From Planctomycetota bacterium (lineage in GTDB: Bacteria > Planctomycetota > PLA2 > JAEUHO01), in the NCBI GenBank assembly GCA_965222115.1, contig CBDCTJ010000007.1, positions 1,536,001 through 1,600,000 of the forward strand: 64,000 nucleotides of DNA, in the 5' to 3' direction. Positions 29,359-38,741 of this stretch are shown here, piece after piece (the first letter of the stretch is position 1; each line of letters begins with the position of its first letter). The notes under the pieces are model-generated. The model had not been told where the DNA came from and did no database searches. It saw only the letters and a program-made list of their open reading frames with translations. The translations under genes and the position numbers were made by a program.

Positions 29359-30582
29359 ATGGCCAGAATAGGGAACAGCGAGCCAAAACGGGGCCGCGAA
29401 GTCGGCGATAGCTCGCGGATTCGCTTAGATCGTGCGCAGAAGGTGAGACGCGCCGCACCTGTCGTCGGTGTGATGATCGTCGCATTCCTAGCTGCTGTGA
29501 TCACGGCAGCACCATCGAAATTTGAGAAGGACGTCTCGTTGCTGGCGAGCATCGATCCCGCCAAGCGACAAGCAGCAAGCGATCGACTCGGCAAGGGTGA
29601 CGCATCTCAAGTTACGAAGCTCTTAAACGAGCTGGATAAGAACCACTCTTCTGTTACTCGCGCCGGATTGGTTCGATCTGTATCGAAGCTGCCGGTCGAT
29701 GGTTCGCACGCGCGTCTAATCTCCGATTTGTTTGAACACGAAGATCCAAGCGCGCGAGCAAGCGCCGCCGAAGTGTTGCAGAGATCAACGGCTGCTCGTG
29801 ACAAGGTGCTGGAGAAGCTCTTGGGCGTAGCCACGAATTCGGAAGAACTGACTGGAGTAAGAACGACGGCGATTCGCGCACTTCGCGGCGCAGGCGGCAA
29901 AGCTGCGACAACTTTGGAGTCGTTGGCCGCTAGTGAATCATCCACATTGCGAAAGGCGGCGATCTCTTCTCTTGGTTTCGTTCCGACCACCGGACCATCC
30001 AAGTTGGCAGGTATTGCGACTGACGAAGGGCGTGAGCGCAAGGACAGAGAGCTTGCGATGCGTTCCCTCGGACTCGTTTCGGGATCGAATGCTTCATCGG
30101 CGTCTAGTCAGCTCAAGACCCTGGTGAAGAATTCGTCCGGATTTGTTCGTGAACACGCAACCGTTGCGTTGTCTGCCAGGGCGGAAAGTGGGAATACTAC
30201 GACGTTTGCCACTCTTATGAAGGACAAGGATGCACGTGTTCGCTTAGAGGCACTTCGCGCGATTATCGATGCCAAGGCCGTCTCAGCTCAGAAGGGGACG
30301 ATCAAGACGCTCTTGTCAGACTCAGATGTCCGCGTGCAAGTGCTTGCGTGTCGGTGTGCGGCATCGAGCAAGCCCTGGCCGCTGGTCGAAGTTCGCAGCA
30401 CATTGATCTCGCTTCTCTCTTCATCGACGTTTCAAGTTCGCCACAAGGCTGCCATGGCGCTCGCCGCCTATGGTGACAAGGGTGGTCTCTCCCAAATGAA
30501 TACAGACAAGTCCTCCAAGAACAAGATCGTCGCGGCTGAGGCCAAGGCGGCATACGACATCATCAATCAGCTTGGCAAGTAG
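29359..30582 (+). CDS. Exported HEAT-repeat protein upstream of Rhs
   Basis: Hydrophobic signal/TM segment and repeats such as VREHATVAL, VRLEALRAI, VRHKAAMAL. Start is uncertain. Confidence 0.75.
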   Translation: MARIGNSEPKRGREVGDSSRIRLDRAQKVRRAAPVVGVMIVAFLAAVITAAPSKFEKDVSLLASIDPAKRQAASDRLGKGDASQVTKLLNELDKNHSSVTRAGLVRSVSKLPVDGSHARLISDLFEHEDPSARASAAEVLQRSTAARDKVLEKLLGVATNSEELTGVRTTAIRALRGAGGKAATTLESLAASESSTLRKAAISSLGFVPTTGPSKLAGIATDEGRERKDRELAMRSLGLVSGSNASSASSQLKTLVKNSSGFVREHATVALSARAESGNTTTFATLMKDKDARVRLEALRAIIDAKAVSAQKGTIKTLLSDSDVRVQVLACRCAASSKPWPLVEVRSTLISLLSSSTFQVRHKAAMALAAYGDKGGLSQMNTDKSSKNKIVAAEAKAAYDIINQLGK

Positions 30583-30611
30583 CATCGGAATCGGCAACGG
30601 GGAGTATTGAT

Positions 30612-33600
30612 ATGGCTCGCAAGCAAGAAGCGAAGAACGCAAAGACTCTAGGTCGCCAAGATTACGCGCGACCGTTTGTTCAACGTCCGTTGGGGTTGCT
30701 CCTGGTCGGCGTTTGTACCTACCTGGCTTCGATCGCAATGCTCTCTGGAGTACTGCGTCCTGATGCTGACGCTGCTCCTCCGCCCATGATCCCTTTGGGG
30801 GCGAATCTAAAAGACACTGCGATCACGTCGGACACACAAAGCAGTCTCAAGATGGGGTATGCCGTTGACCCTGGTGCAGGAGGCGTGCACGAGTTTGACC
30901 TCAGCTCTTCCTTGCCAACAAAGTTCATCGACTTGGGGCCTCCCAACCAAAATACGATCTCAAAGGTCGATATGAACGACACCACCGGCGAGCTTGCCAT
31001 GGGCAATGCAAACGGCGACGTGATGCGGATTGACCCATCTTCGAGCACCGTTACCACAGTAGCCACAATCTCAGGCGACGCGAAGGTCCTCATGGCGGAT
31101 GAGAGTTCTCCTAGCACCGAGGCCTGGGCAACTGACGGCGCCACGAGTCAGTTGATGGAAATCAAGACTTCCGGAGCGACCTACGGTCAGGGCATGATGT
31201 CATTTCCCAATGGACCATTTGAGATGTCGGGAAAGCCTAGTCAGCCAGATTCAAACGTTTTCGCATTGGGGAAGGGGTCGGCAGAGATTGTTCGGTTTGA
31301 CAGCGCGACTCTGACGTTCTATGACGACTCTTACGGTACCGCAGTTGTGAAGCCGACTGGGCTTGCAGTGGGCGATGGAGACTATTGTTACGTGTCGGTT
31401 GAGAACGGAGCAGACAGCGAGCTGCTCCAAGTGGATACACGTGCCGCCACATTTGGATTCGTCACACCGATCTTGCACACGTTCACTGGAACCGCCGCAG
31501 TCGACGTTTCGATTGCCGGACCATGGGTGACTGTACTCCTGGAGGACTCGGGAACGAGCAGCACGGTTGCTCATGTCTTTGATGTTGGAAATCCAGGCAG
31601 CACGCTTGAAGTCGGAACGGTAATGCTTCACGGCGGCCAACTTCCCTATGGTGGACTGACGACCTGGCTCGAAGATGGTGAGAGTTACGACGACTTGAAT
31701 TTTCTCTACTCGGGCGCTACGCAAGATGTCGGGTATGTTCCGGGAACAGAGGTCATGGAGGATTGGAGCTATGGTCCTTCGACCGTAGTCACAACCGCAA
31801 CGAACAAGCCGATCATAACCAACGCGGCTTCCGGTGCGTTTGCGCAAGAGGCGCTGAACTGCACAGACTGCCCGTGCCCTCCCTTTGACGCCGAGGCACA
31901 GGGCATGATCCCCGGACCGACGCCAGATGCGCACGGGAGTACGGAGACTGGCGTATCCAACGCAGCCGCAAGCCCAGGAAGTGTCCAGTACAGCACCGGC
32001 GAAGAAGTGCTGACTCATAACCTGGTCACGTTTCCGGGCGTCGGCCTTGATCTGACGCTGAGCCTCACCTACCGATCAAGGAGAGACTACAAGCACCGCT
32101 ACGGGAACAATTGGTTCTTCAATCACGACGTCCGAGTGCATCCAGAGACAAATGGTGATGTGACGTATCAAAGTCCGTATGGGCGACTGGATACGTACAA
32201 GACGATCGGCTCCGGGAGCTTCCAGTCGCCGGTGCATTACGATACTACCTTGGTTGTGCTGCCCGGCATCGGCCACCAAGTAACCGATCGCTTCGGCACA
32301 GTAAGCACATTCGATCTCCTCGGACAGCGCATTAGTCTGGCAGATCGATACCAGAATACGATTGCATACACGTGGCAAAACGGGCTATTGACAGGGATCA
32401 GGGACACCCTCCTGCGGGACTACGTACTCAACTACGACGCCAACGCAAGGCTCTCAAGTATCGTGGACTACGGCGGTCGTATTTGGACGTTCAACTATGA
32501 CTACATGGGGAACCTTAGAACCATCAGTGCACATGGCTCAAACGGGGTCGCCGGCACGTTCTTCTCATACACCAGTAACGATCCTCAGGTGAAGTTCCAG
32601 GGGAACCTCCTGCATGTCACGAATCCCAACGGTGAGCGGGCTCAAACGCTTGAGTATGACGAACACGATATGGTCGTGAGGGAGAAGCTGGGAGATGGTG
32701 AATACTTCTTTAGCTACGACACCAATCTTCAGCAGACAACCGTCATAGACAGAGTCGGTACCAAGACGCGGTGGACATTCGGCGCCTTTGCCGTTGCTAC
32801 TGAAAAACGTATTTACAATCAGGGTATTCGCCCGAACGCGCCGGTCGGAAGCTGGGAAGACACGAAATGGGAAGTCGACCCCAACACCGGAATGGTGGTC
32901 ACTGAGTCCTACTACGCAGGCGGGCGAACTGAGTTCATCTATGATAACAAACTAAACCTGACTAACGTTCGCCGCAAGTTGATCGATACCGCTACGGATA
33001 GTTCTACCGATCTCGTTACGACATACGAATACGCCGTTCAGAAGTTTAATCAGCTGAAAGGGATTACCGATCCCATGGGCAACTACACTGCCATGACGAT
33101 CGATCTGAGCGGGAACACTATCTCTACTACGCGACCTACCGTGACGCAGCCCGTTTCGCAGACGGCGACGGAGGGCGCGACATTTGATACCCGAGGGCGG
33201 ATCACATCCTCAACCGACTCCGAGGGGCGCCTCACGACGTTTACTTACTACAACACAGGTGTTCAGTTCGGCTATTTGTATCAAGTCATCCGCGATCCAA
33301 GTGGACTCGCTCTCACGACGACGTTTGATTATGACCAGTACGGAAATGTGATCGCCGTAACCGATCCGCTAGGCAAGAAGACGGAAATGACGGTGAACCT
33401 AGGAAACTACGTCACCGAGATCAAGGCGCCTGCACCGCTCAACTACCGAAAGAAGCTGAGTTACGACAAGAACGGGAATCTGACGCTTGTTGAGACGGAG
33501 AACATTGATAAGGACGGCGTACTTGACGCGACGACCCCCTGGATTGAAGAGAGCTACACCTACAACGAGCTGGGTTGGCGTCTATCGTCAACCAGGAGCC

Positions 33601-36600
33601 TCACCGCGACAGAGGCAGCCACCACGTCGTTTGAGTACGATTTTGAGGGACGAGTAGTCCGGGTGGCTGATCCGACCGGAATTTGGACGAAGTTTCAGTA
33701 TGACGAGCGGGGGTTCTTGTTCAAGATCAAGCGCGCGGTGCAGGATGCCCCGAACACAACAACGGTAACGACGCTCCATGACGCTCGCGGCAATTTGATT
33801 AGCACGACTGACGCCGAAGGAAATACAACAGCCAGTATCTATGACAACTATGATCGCATTACTAGGCGAACGAACGCACTAGGAAACTATATAGCGTGGA
33901 CGTATGACAAGAACGGGAACGTGTTGACTTCGGCTGCGTACGACGCATCCGCCGTTCTCCAGTCTCAGACGACCAATCACTTTGACGAGCGCGATCGAAT
34001 TTGGAAGCGCGTGCGAAGCCGGTTTGGGCCGGGGCTTACGCCAAGTTATCCAACGATGACGATTCAGCACGATATGACGAACCGTGTCACTGAGATCAGA
34101 GATCCACTCAACAACAAGACGACCTACTCGTACGACGCCGTAGGACGGCAAGTCTTGGTCCAAGACGCCATCGGAAATGAAACCGAGTGGATTCTCGATG
34201 CGCGCGGGCAAGCTACAAAGATCAAGCGCAAAGACATTCCTACCGCCGGTGGATCGGAGACATTTGAGACGGAGTTCGTCTATGACGTGCTCGGGCGCAT
34301 GACTTCGCGTCGTGAGATCGATCGACTTAACGCATCCAATATTCTCACGACCAATTTTTCCTACGATAGTCGTGGGAATCTGACGTTCCGAGTTGACGCC
34401 GAGGGCAACCCGGTGCGTTGGACGTACGATCTGGCCAGCCGTCAGACAAGTTACGAGCGCGCGTTGGCAACGGGTACGGGTATTGAGGACTTTACGAACA
34501 GCATTCTTGAGACGGCGACCTATGACGCGGCGGGTCGGCTTAAGACGATTTCCGATGACAACCTGAACACGACAATCTACGCGTACGACAGTCATGGGCG
34601 GATGCATCAGACGACGTTTGCCGACGCCAAGACGGTTTCGCTCACATTTGACAAGAACAACCTCGTAAAGACCCGTACGGATCAAAACGGTACGGTTGTT
34701 ACCAATTCGCGTGACGTTCTTGGCAGGCTGACCTCCCGATCGATTGCGAGGGCCAGCGGGGTCTTGGGAGATTCCTCAGAAGTCTACACTTACGACGCGC
34801 TCAATCGCGTTACGAAGGCGTGGGATTCAGACTATCAGGTGGTGTTCACTCGTGACAGCATGGGGAACCTTCTGTCGGAGAAGCAAGGATACTCGGTTGC
34901 CGGTCAGGAGAAGTGGAAGACTGTAACGTCTTCGTATACCGACGCGGGTTCTCGGAGCGTATTGAGTTATCCCAGCGGATTCATTGTTTCCTATCAGCGT
35001 GACGCGATTTACCGCATGACGATCATGACGGATGCGTTGGCGTCGGCAAATATCGCCACCTTCACGTTCCAGGGGGCGAATCGGCTTGCTAAGACGACGA
35101 ACCAAAACTCGACCACGACCGATCACGGCTACGATGGCTTTGCGCGACTCTCGCAACTTGATCACAAGAATGGTTCGAGCCAGAGTTTCCACATGTTTGA
35201 TTATTTGTATGACAAAGTGCACAACCGGCGAATGGAGAAGAATTCGTTCAATTCCACCTGGATCAACGCGCTGCCCTCCGGCATTCAGCCGTTCCTAAAT
35301 GGGAGAAACGGCAAGGGCGATGTCTATGCCTACGATATGGCCTATCGCATGGTGGACACGCGATATGACGTGACTAGTCCTGCGGCGGAGGTGGCCACGC
35401 CCGGTTCGCAAACCTACGTCACCAAGCAGATCTACACGCTTGATGGGCTAGGTAATCGTAGCCAGACACAACAGACGCCTTGGGGAGGCTCAAGTTCGAC
35501 GACAACCTACACGTTCAACGCCATGAACGAGTACACGGCGATCGGAAGCACCTCGCGGACACACGACAGCAACGGCAGTCTGACGAATGATGGCACCCAG
35601 ACGTATCACTATGACTATCAGAATCGTTTGATCGAGGTCAGGGCCGTTGGGCCGAGTACGCTTATCGCAAGGTATAAGTACGATGCGCTGGGTCGGCGTG
35701 TAGAGAAGTACGTCGCGTCAGGAACGGCCACCACACGCTATGTGCTTGATGGCTCGGACATAGCCGAGGAGTACGACGGCGCGGACACTTGGGCAGCGCG
35801 ATACTTCCATGAAGACCGCATTGACCATCCGCGGGCGATGGATCGTGCTGACATCTCGGATGTAGATGGGGATAGCGATACGAGCGAAGTGCTACGCTTT
35901 CATTATCACCAGAATGCACTGGGGAGCGTAAGCGAGGTTTCCGCTCCCGGTGGCGGTGTGGTTGAGTGGGTGACGTATGACGTCTATGGAAAGGCGACTG
36001 TTCGCAACTCGGCTGGAACGACGCAGGGCTCAAGCTTTGTCGGCAACCCGTTCCTGTTCACGGGGCGAGAGTTCGACGCCGAATCGGGAATGTATCACTA
36101 TCGCGCGAGAGCGTATGACCCCGAGGCGGGGAGATTCTTGCAGAGAGACCCGTTGGGGTATGTGGATGGACTCAACTTGCTAGCCTACGTTGCTAGCAAC
36201 CCTGTAACACTCAATGACCCGTTGGGGCAGGCGATTCAGCTGCACAGTGGGGTAGGTGGAGGTGCACCATTCAGCCATTTTAGTGCCGTCGGTTGGGGGA
36301 CAAAACCCGTAAGTGAGGTTATTGGAAGTATCGGAAGCAGTCTACAAGGAGGATTTGAGACGCTCGGCAATTTGATGGCAGATGTGGGCGAAGAGATGGC
36401 GAGCAGCGTATCGTTGGTCTTGAGGCCGGTCACAGAACTCGGGAATGGCATCAATAGCGCTCTTGGAATAGATGATGAACTCGCGGCTGCTGAGGAGTAC
36501 GTAGGTAAGAAAGTTGAGGCGGGAATGAACTGGGCGGGCAGTAAAGTAGGTCTATCTGGGCGAGCACTAGGTGGACTTACGGGTGCCTTTGGCGGAGGTA

Positions 36601-37025
36601 CGGCTCTGGCCAGGCGGTTAAGGAGTCGTGGCGCAAGGTCAGCTCCCTCACCAGTCGACTTTGTGGATGATCCTACTCCTCCGACGACTGTCGTGACGAC
36701 TGGGACGAGCGCTGCTAAGAAGGCAAAGTGCCCAGTTGTAGTAAAAGAGAGGGTGAGCAAAGGCGCGGATGGCGCAACGTCGAGGCATATCATTGAGAAG
36801 GACGCTGGCGGAAACACTAATTCAAAGACTCATGTCGTAGAAAAGGATGGTGAAATCATCCACCAGCATCAAGAGCATGTAGGTAAGGAAGGGAGTACTC
36901 GGAGATTTCCCGATTCATGGACGGGGACGAAAAGTGTGAATGCGCGCGATCACGTAAAGACTGGCCCAAGAATGCGACCCGATCCATCCAGGCCCGATGG
37001 GAAAGAGGGTCCCCATGGGAGATGA
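30612..37025 (+). CDS. Rhs/YD-repeat polymorphic toxin with N-terminal signal/TM segment
   Basis: DUF6531-like LTYRS..YGNNW, many YD repeats, Rhs core FTGREFDAESGMYHYRARAYDP..GRFLQRDPLG..NPVTLNDPLG, variable C-terminus. Confidence 0.95.
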   Translation: MARKQEAKNAKTLGRQDYARPFVQRPLGLLLVGVCTYLASIAMLSGVLRPDADAAPPPMIPLGANLKDTAITSDTQSSLKMGYAVDPGAGGVHEFDLSSSLPTKFIDLGPPNQNTISKVDMNDTTGELAMGNANGDVMRIDPSSSTVTTVATISGDAKVLMADESSPSTEAWATDGATSQLMEIKTSGATYGQGMMSFPNGPFEMSGKPSQPDSNVFALGKGSAEIVRFDSATLTFYDDSYGTAVVKPTGLAVGDGDYCYVSVENGADSELLQVDTRAATFGFVTPILHTFTGTAAVDVSIAGPWVTVLLEDSGTSSTVAHVFDVGNPGSTLEVGTVMLHGGQLPYGGLTTWLEDGESYDDLNFLYSGATQDVGYVPGTEVMEDWSYGPSTVVTTATNKPIITNAASGAFAQEALNCTDCPCPPFDAEAQGMIPGPTPDAHGSTETGVSNAAASPGSVQYSTGEEVLTHNLVTFPGVGLDLTLSLTYRSRRDYKHRYGNNWFFNHDVRVHPETNGDVTYQSPYGRLDTYKTIGSGSFQSPVHYDTTLVVLPGIGHQVTDRFGTVSTFDLLGQRISLADRYQNTIAYTWQNGLLTGIRDTLLRDYVLNYDANARLSSIVDYGGRIWTFNYDYMGNLRTISAHGSNGVAGTFFSYTSNDPQVKFQGNLLHVTNPNGERAQTLEYDEHDMVVREKLGDGEYFFSYDTNLQQTTVIDRVGTKTRWTFGAFAVATEKRIYNQGIRPNAPVGSWEDTKWEVDPNTGMVVTESYYAGGRTEFIYDNKLNLTNVRRKLIDTATDSSTDLVTTYEYAVQKFNQLKGITDPMGNYTAMTIDLSGNTISTTRPTVTQPVSQTATEGATFDTRGRITSSTDSEGRLTTFTYYNTGVQFGYLYQVIRDPSGLALTTTFDYDQYGNVIAVTDPLGKKTEMTVNLGNYVTEIKAPAPLNYRKKLSYDKNGNLTLVETENIDKDGVLDATTPWIEESYTYNELGWRLSSTRSLTATEAATTSFEYDFEGRVVRVADPTGIWTKFQYDERGFLFKIKRAVQDAPNTTTVTTLHDARGNLISTTDAEGNTTASIYDNYDRITRRTNALGNYIAWTYDKNGNVLTSAAYDASAVLQSQTTNHFDERDRIWKRVRSRFGPGLTPSYPTMTIQHDMTNRVTEIRDPLNNKTTYSYDAVGRQVLVQDAIGNETEWILDARGQATKIKRKDIPTAGGSETFETEFVYDVLGRMTSRREIDRLNASNILTTNFSYDSRGNLTFRVDAEGNPVRWTYDLASRQTSYERALATGTGIEDFTNSILETATYDAAGRLKTISDDNLNTTIYAYDSHGRMHQTTFADAKTVSLTFDKNNLVKTRTDQNGTVVTNSRDVLGRLTSRSIARASGVLGDSSEVYTYDALNRVTKAWDSDYQVVFTRDSMGNLLSEKQGYSVAGQEKWKTVTSSYTDAGSRSVLSYPSGFIVSYQRDAIYRMTIMTDALASANIATFTFQGANRLAKTTNQNSTTTDHGYDGFARLSQLDHKNGSSQSFHMFDYLYDKVHNRRMEKNSFNSTWINALPSGIQPFLNGRNGKGDVYAYDMAYRMVDTRYDVTSPAAEVATPGSQTYVTKQIYTLDGLGNRSQTQQTPWGGSSSTTTYTFNAMNEYTAIGSTSRTHDSNGSLTNDGTQTYHYDYQNRLIEVRAVGPSTLIARYKYDALGRRVEKYVASGTATTRYVLDGSDIAEEYDGADTWAARYFHEDRIDHPRAMDRADISDVDGDSDTSEVLRFHYHQNALGSVSEVSAPGGGVVEWVTYDVYGKATVRNSAGTTQGSSFVGNPFLFTGREFDAESGMYHYRARAYDPEAGRFLQRDPLGYVDGLNLLAYVASNPVTLNDPLGQAIQLHSGVGGGAPFSHFSAVGWGTKPVSEVIGSIGSSLQGGFETLGNLMADVGEEMASSVSLVLRPVTELGNGINSALGIDDELAAAEEYVGKKVEAGMNWAGSKVGLSGRALGGLTGAFGGGTALARRLRSRGARSAPSPVDFVDDPTPPTTVVTTGTSAAKKAKCPVVVKERVSKGADGATSRHIIEKDAGGNTNSKTHVVEKDGEIIHQHQEHVGKEGSTRRFPDSWTGTKSVNARDHVKTGPRMRPDPSRPDGKEGPHGR

Positions 37026-37602
37026 TAAGAAGTTGGTTTCGCGAGAAGAGGAGCAGACAAGAGTGGAAGGTTGTGAAACGCTGCTGCGCCACTTGGTTCA
37101 GATCGCAATGGGACTGGCAAGAGTACCTCGGGCCGGCGATGTATATATGCAACGGATCTTGAATTGCGCCATAGGATGGCTCAACGATGAGAGTGGTCTT
37201 AGGGGCATCCGCGATGCGTTTCTTGAATTGTATGCAGATCTTCATTCGAGCACTGACAGCCGAAAGCCGTACGAAAAATTCATGAATGCTGTGCTCCATG
37301 ACCCGGCCGCCGAGGTCAGGGCACCTCTGGAGTTTGCTACGTACTATCTCAGTGCCGCGTGCTCTGATACAGAGATGGACTTGACGACCCGTTTTGAATT
37401 ACTAGATGCAATCTTGTGGGATTCGGTAATTCCAAACACTCAAGATTCAGTTCGAACGCACTGCGATGATTTTCGATCGTTGGTTGAAGCTGCAAGCCAC
37501 GACTTGGAAGATGGATTCGAGATCGCGGACATGCGCTTAGACGAATTACTGAGAGAAGGACGAAATCTCTTAGCTGTCATACGAGAACTTGCTAGCTCGT
37601 AG
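37015..37602 (+). CDS. Putative cognate immunity protein
   Basis: Overlaps the Rhs stop codon. Acidic 195-aa protein with lower GC. Confidence 0.65.
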   Translation: MGDDKKLVSREEEQTRVEGCETLLRHLVQIAMGLARVPRAGDVYMQRILNCAIGWLNDESGLRGIRDAFLELYADLHSSTDSRKPYEKFMNAVLHDPAAEVRAPLEFATYYLSAACSDTEMDLTTRFELLDAILWDSVIPNTQDSVRTHCDDFRSLVEAASHDLEDGFEIADMRLDELLREGRNLLAVIRELASS

Positions 37603-37603
37603 A

Positions 37604-37630
37604 GATACGGAGTACGGGCAAAATCCACAC
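37604..37630 (+). repeat. Third copy of the 27-bp repeat
   Basis: GATACGGAGTACGGGCAAAATCCACAC, 21/27 identical to 26804-26830. Begins 1 nt after the immunity-gene stop. Confidence 0.6.
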
Positions 37631-37743
37631 TTTTCGGGGAAGTGCCGGATTCATTGCCAGAGGCCGAGCAAGGACTAGGTCCTCATCCTTCGACAACAAG
37701 AACGGCGCCTGAGCGCATCTCCCCGCCACGGTAAACTAGCACC

Positions 37744-38592
37744 ATGCCCGGTCGCCCACTGCCCCACCGCTTGCGTCGCCTGACGTGGATGGCCTGTGTT
37801 CCCGTAGCGGTCGCCGTGATCCTATTGACCATTGATTTCGTGGAAGACAAGCAGCGCGCAACACCGGCGCCATTCACCCGGATTCGACCTCAAGCGCGAA
37901 CACCAGTAACGGTAATGGCGCCCACCGACAACACGTTGCTCCGTCTCGTTGAACAGATGTATCCAGATTCACCCAGAGCAAACGCGCCAATAAGCAATCA
38001 AGAATCTGCACCGACCATTCCACCCCTCCGCGCCTTCGCCATCTCCATGTGGATTCACGGTGATTCTGGAACCACATTGACATTGCGTTGCAAAGATCCA
38101 GCCCACGACATCGCCTATTGCATTGGCACCGACAACCCTGATCGAGACGTGAAGTTGGTAGGAGTGGATGTGGACGACAAACTTGCGCGCTTTACTGTCA
38201 GTCGCGGCGATGAGCAGTACACCTTCGAGTTCGATCGAAGCCGTGAGTTCCACAGCCCCGTCATTCGGTTCAGTTCGCCTGGAACAGTGCTAGGCGCTCA
38301 AGGCTATCACTCCCAAGTGGCCGCAAGCGCCAAGCACCCAGACCTCAAGGCGGTTCCTTACTTCGATAACCGCGGCAAGTGCATTGGCATGCGTGTCACC
38401 GGACTTCGCTCGGATTCGTCATGGGCGAACCGTGGGATTGAGCGTGGTGACGTGCTACTCGCGGCAGATGACATCGCGATGCACCAGCCTGCCGTGTTTC
38501 GCAAGCGAGTGAAGGGCGGATGGGCGCCAAAGAGTCTCAAGATCGGGAAGATCGAAGGTGGCGGGCTTCGTGAGGTAGAGCTGGGCGGGTAG
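37744..38592 (+). CDS. Bitopic membrane protein with C-terminal PDZ domain (GspC-like architecture)
   Basis: N-terminal TM helix and PDZ-like GMRVTGLRSDS..RGIERGDVLLAAD. Confidence 0.65.
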   Translation: MPGRPLPHRLRRLTWMACVPVAVAVILLTIDFVEDKQRATPAPFTRIRPQARTPVTVMAPTDNTLLRLVEQMYPDSPRANAPISNQESAPTIPPLRAFAISMWIHGDSGTTLTLRCKDPAHDIAYCIGTDNPDRDVKLVGVDVDDKLARFTVSRGDEQYTFEFDRSREFHSPVIRFSSPGTVLGAQGYHSQVAASAKHPDLKAVPYFDNRGKCIGMRVTGLRSDSSWANRGIERGDVLLAADDIAMHQPAVFRKRVKGGWAPKSLKIGKIEGGGLREVELGG

Positions 38593-38593
38593 T

Positions 38594-38669
38594 TGGTAGG
38601 GGCAGAGGGATTCGAACCCCCGACCAATGGATTAAAAGTCCACTGCTCTACCGACTGAGCTATGCCCCC
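38594..38669 (-). tRNA. tRNA-Lys (anticodon TTT)
   Basis: GGGGGCATAGCTCAGTCGGTAGAGCAGTGGACTTTTAATCCATTGGTCGGGGGTTCGAATCCCTCTGCCCCTACCA: 76 nt, cloverleaf, encoded CCA. Confidence 0.97.
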
Positions 38670-38741
38670 ACGTCGGAATTGGGGCGGTCAGTGTAGCGAC
38701 GGGGCGGGCGGCGTCGAGGTGGAGAATAGGGCCGGAATCAC

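Noticed and set aside
23000-38594. Classical tRNA-integrated island or prophage
   Set aside because: No integrase, phage genes or duplicated tRNA-Lys 3' end was seen.
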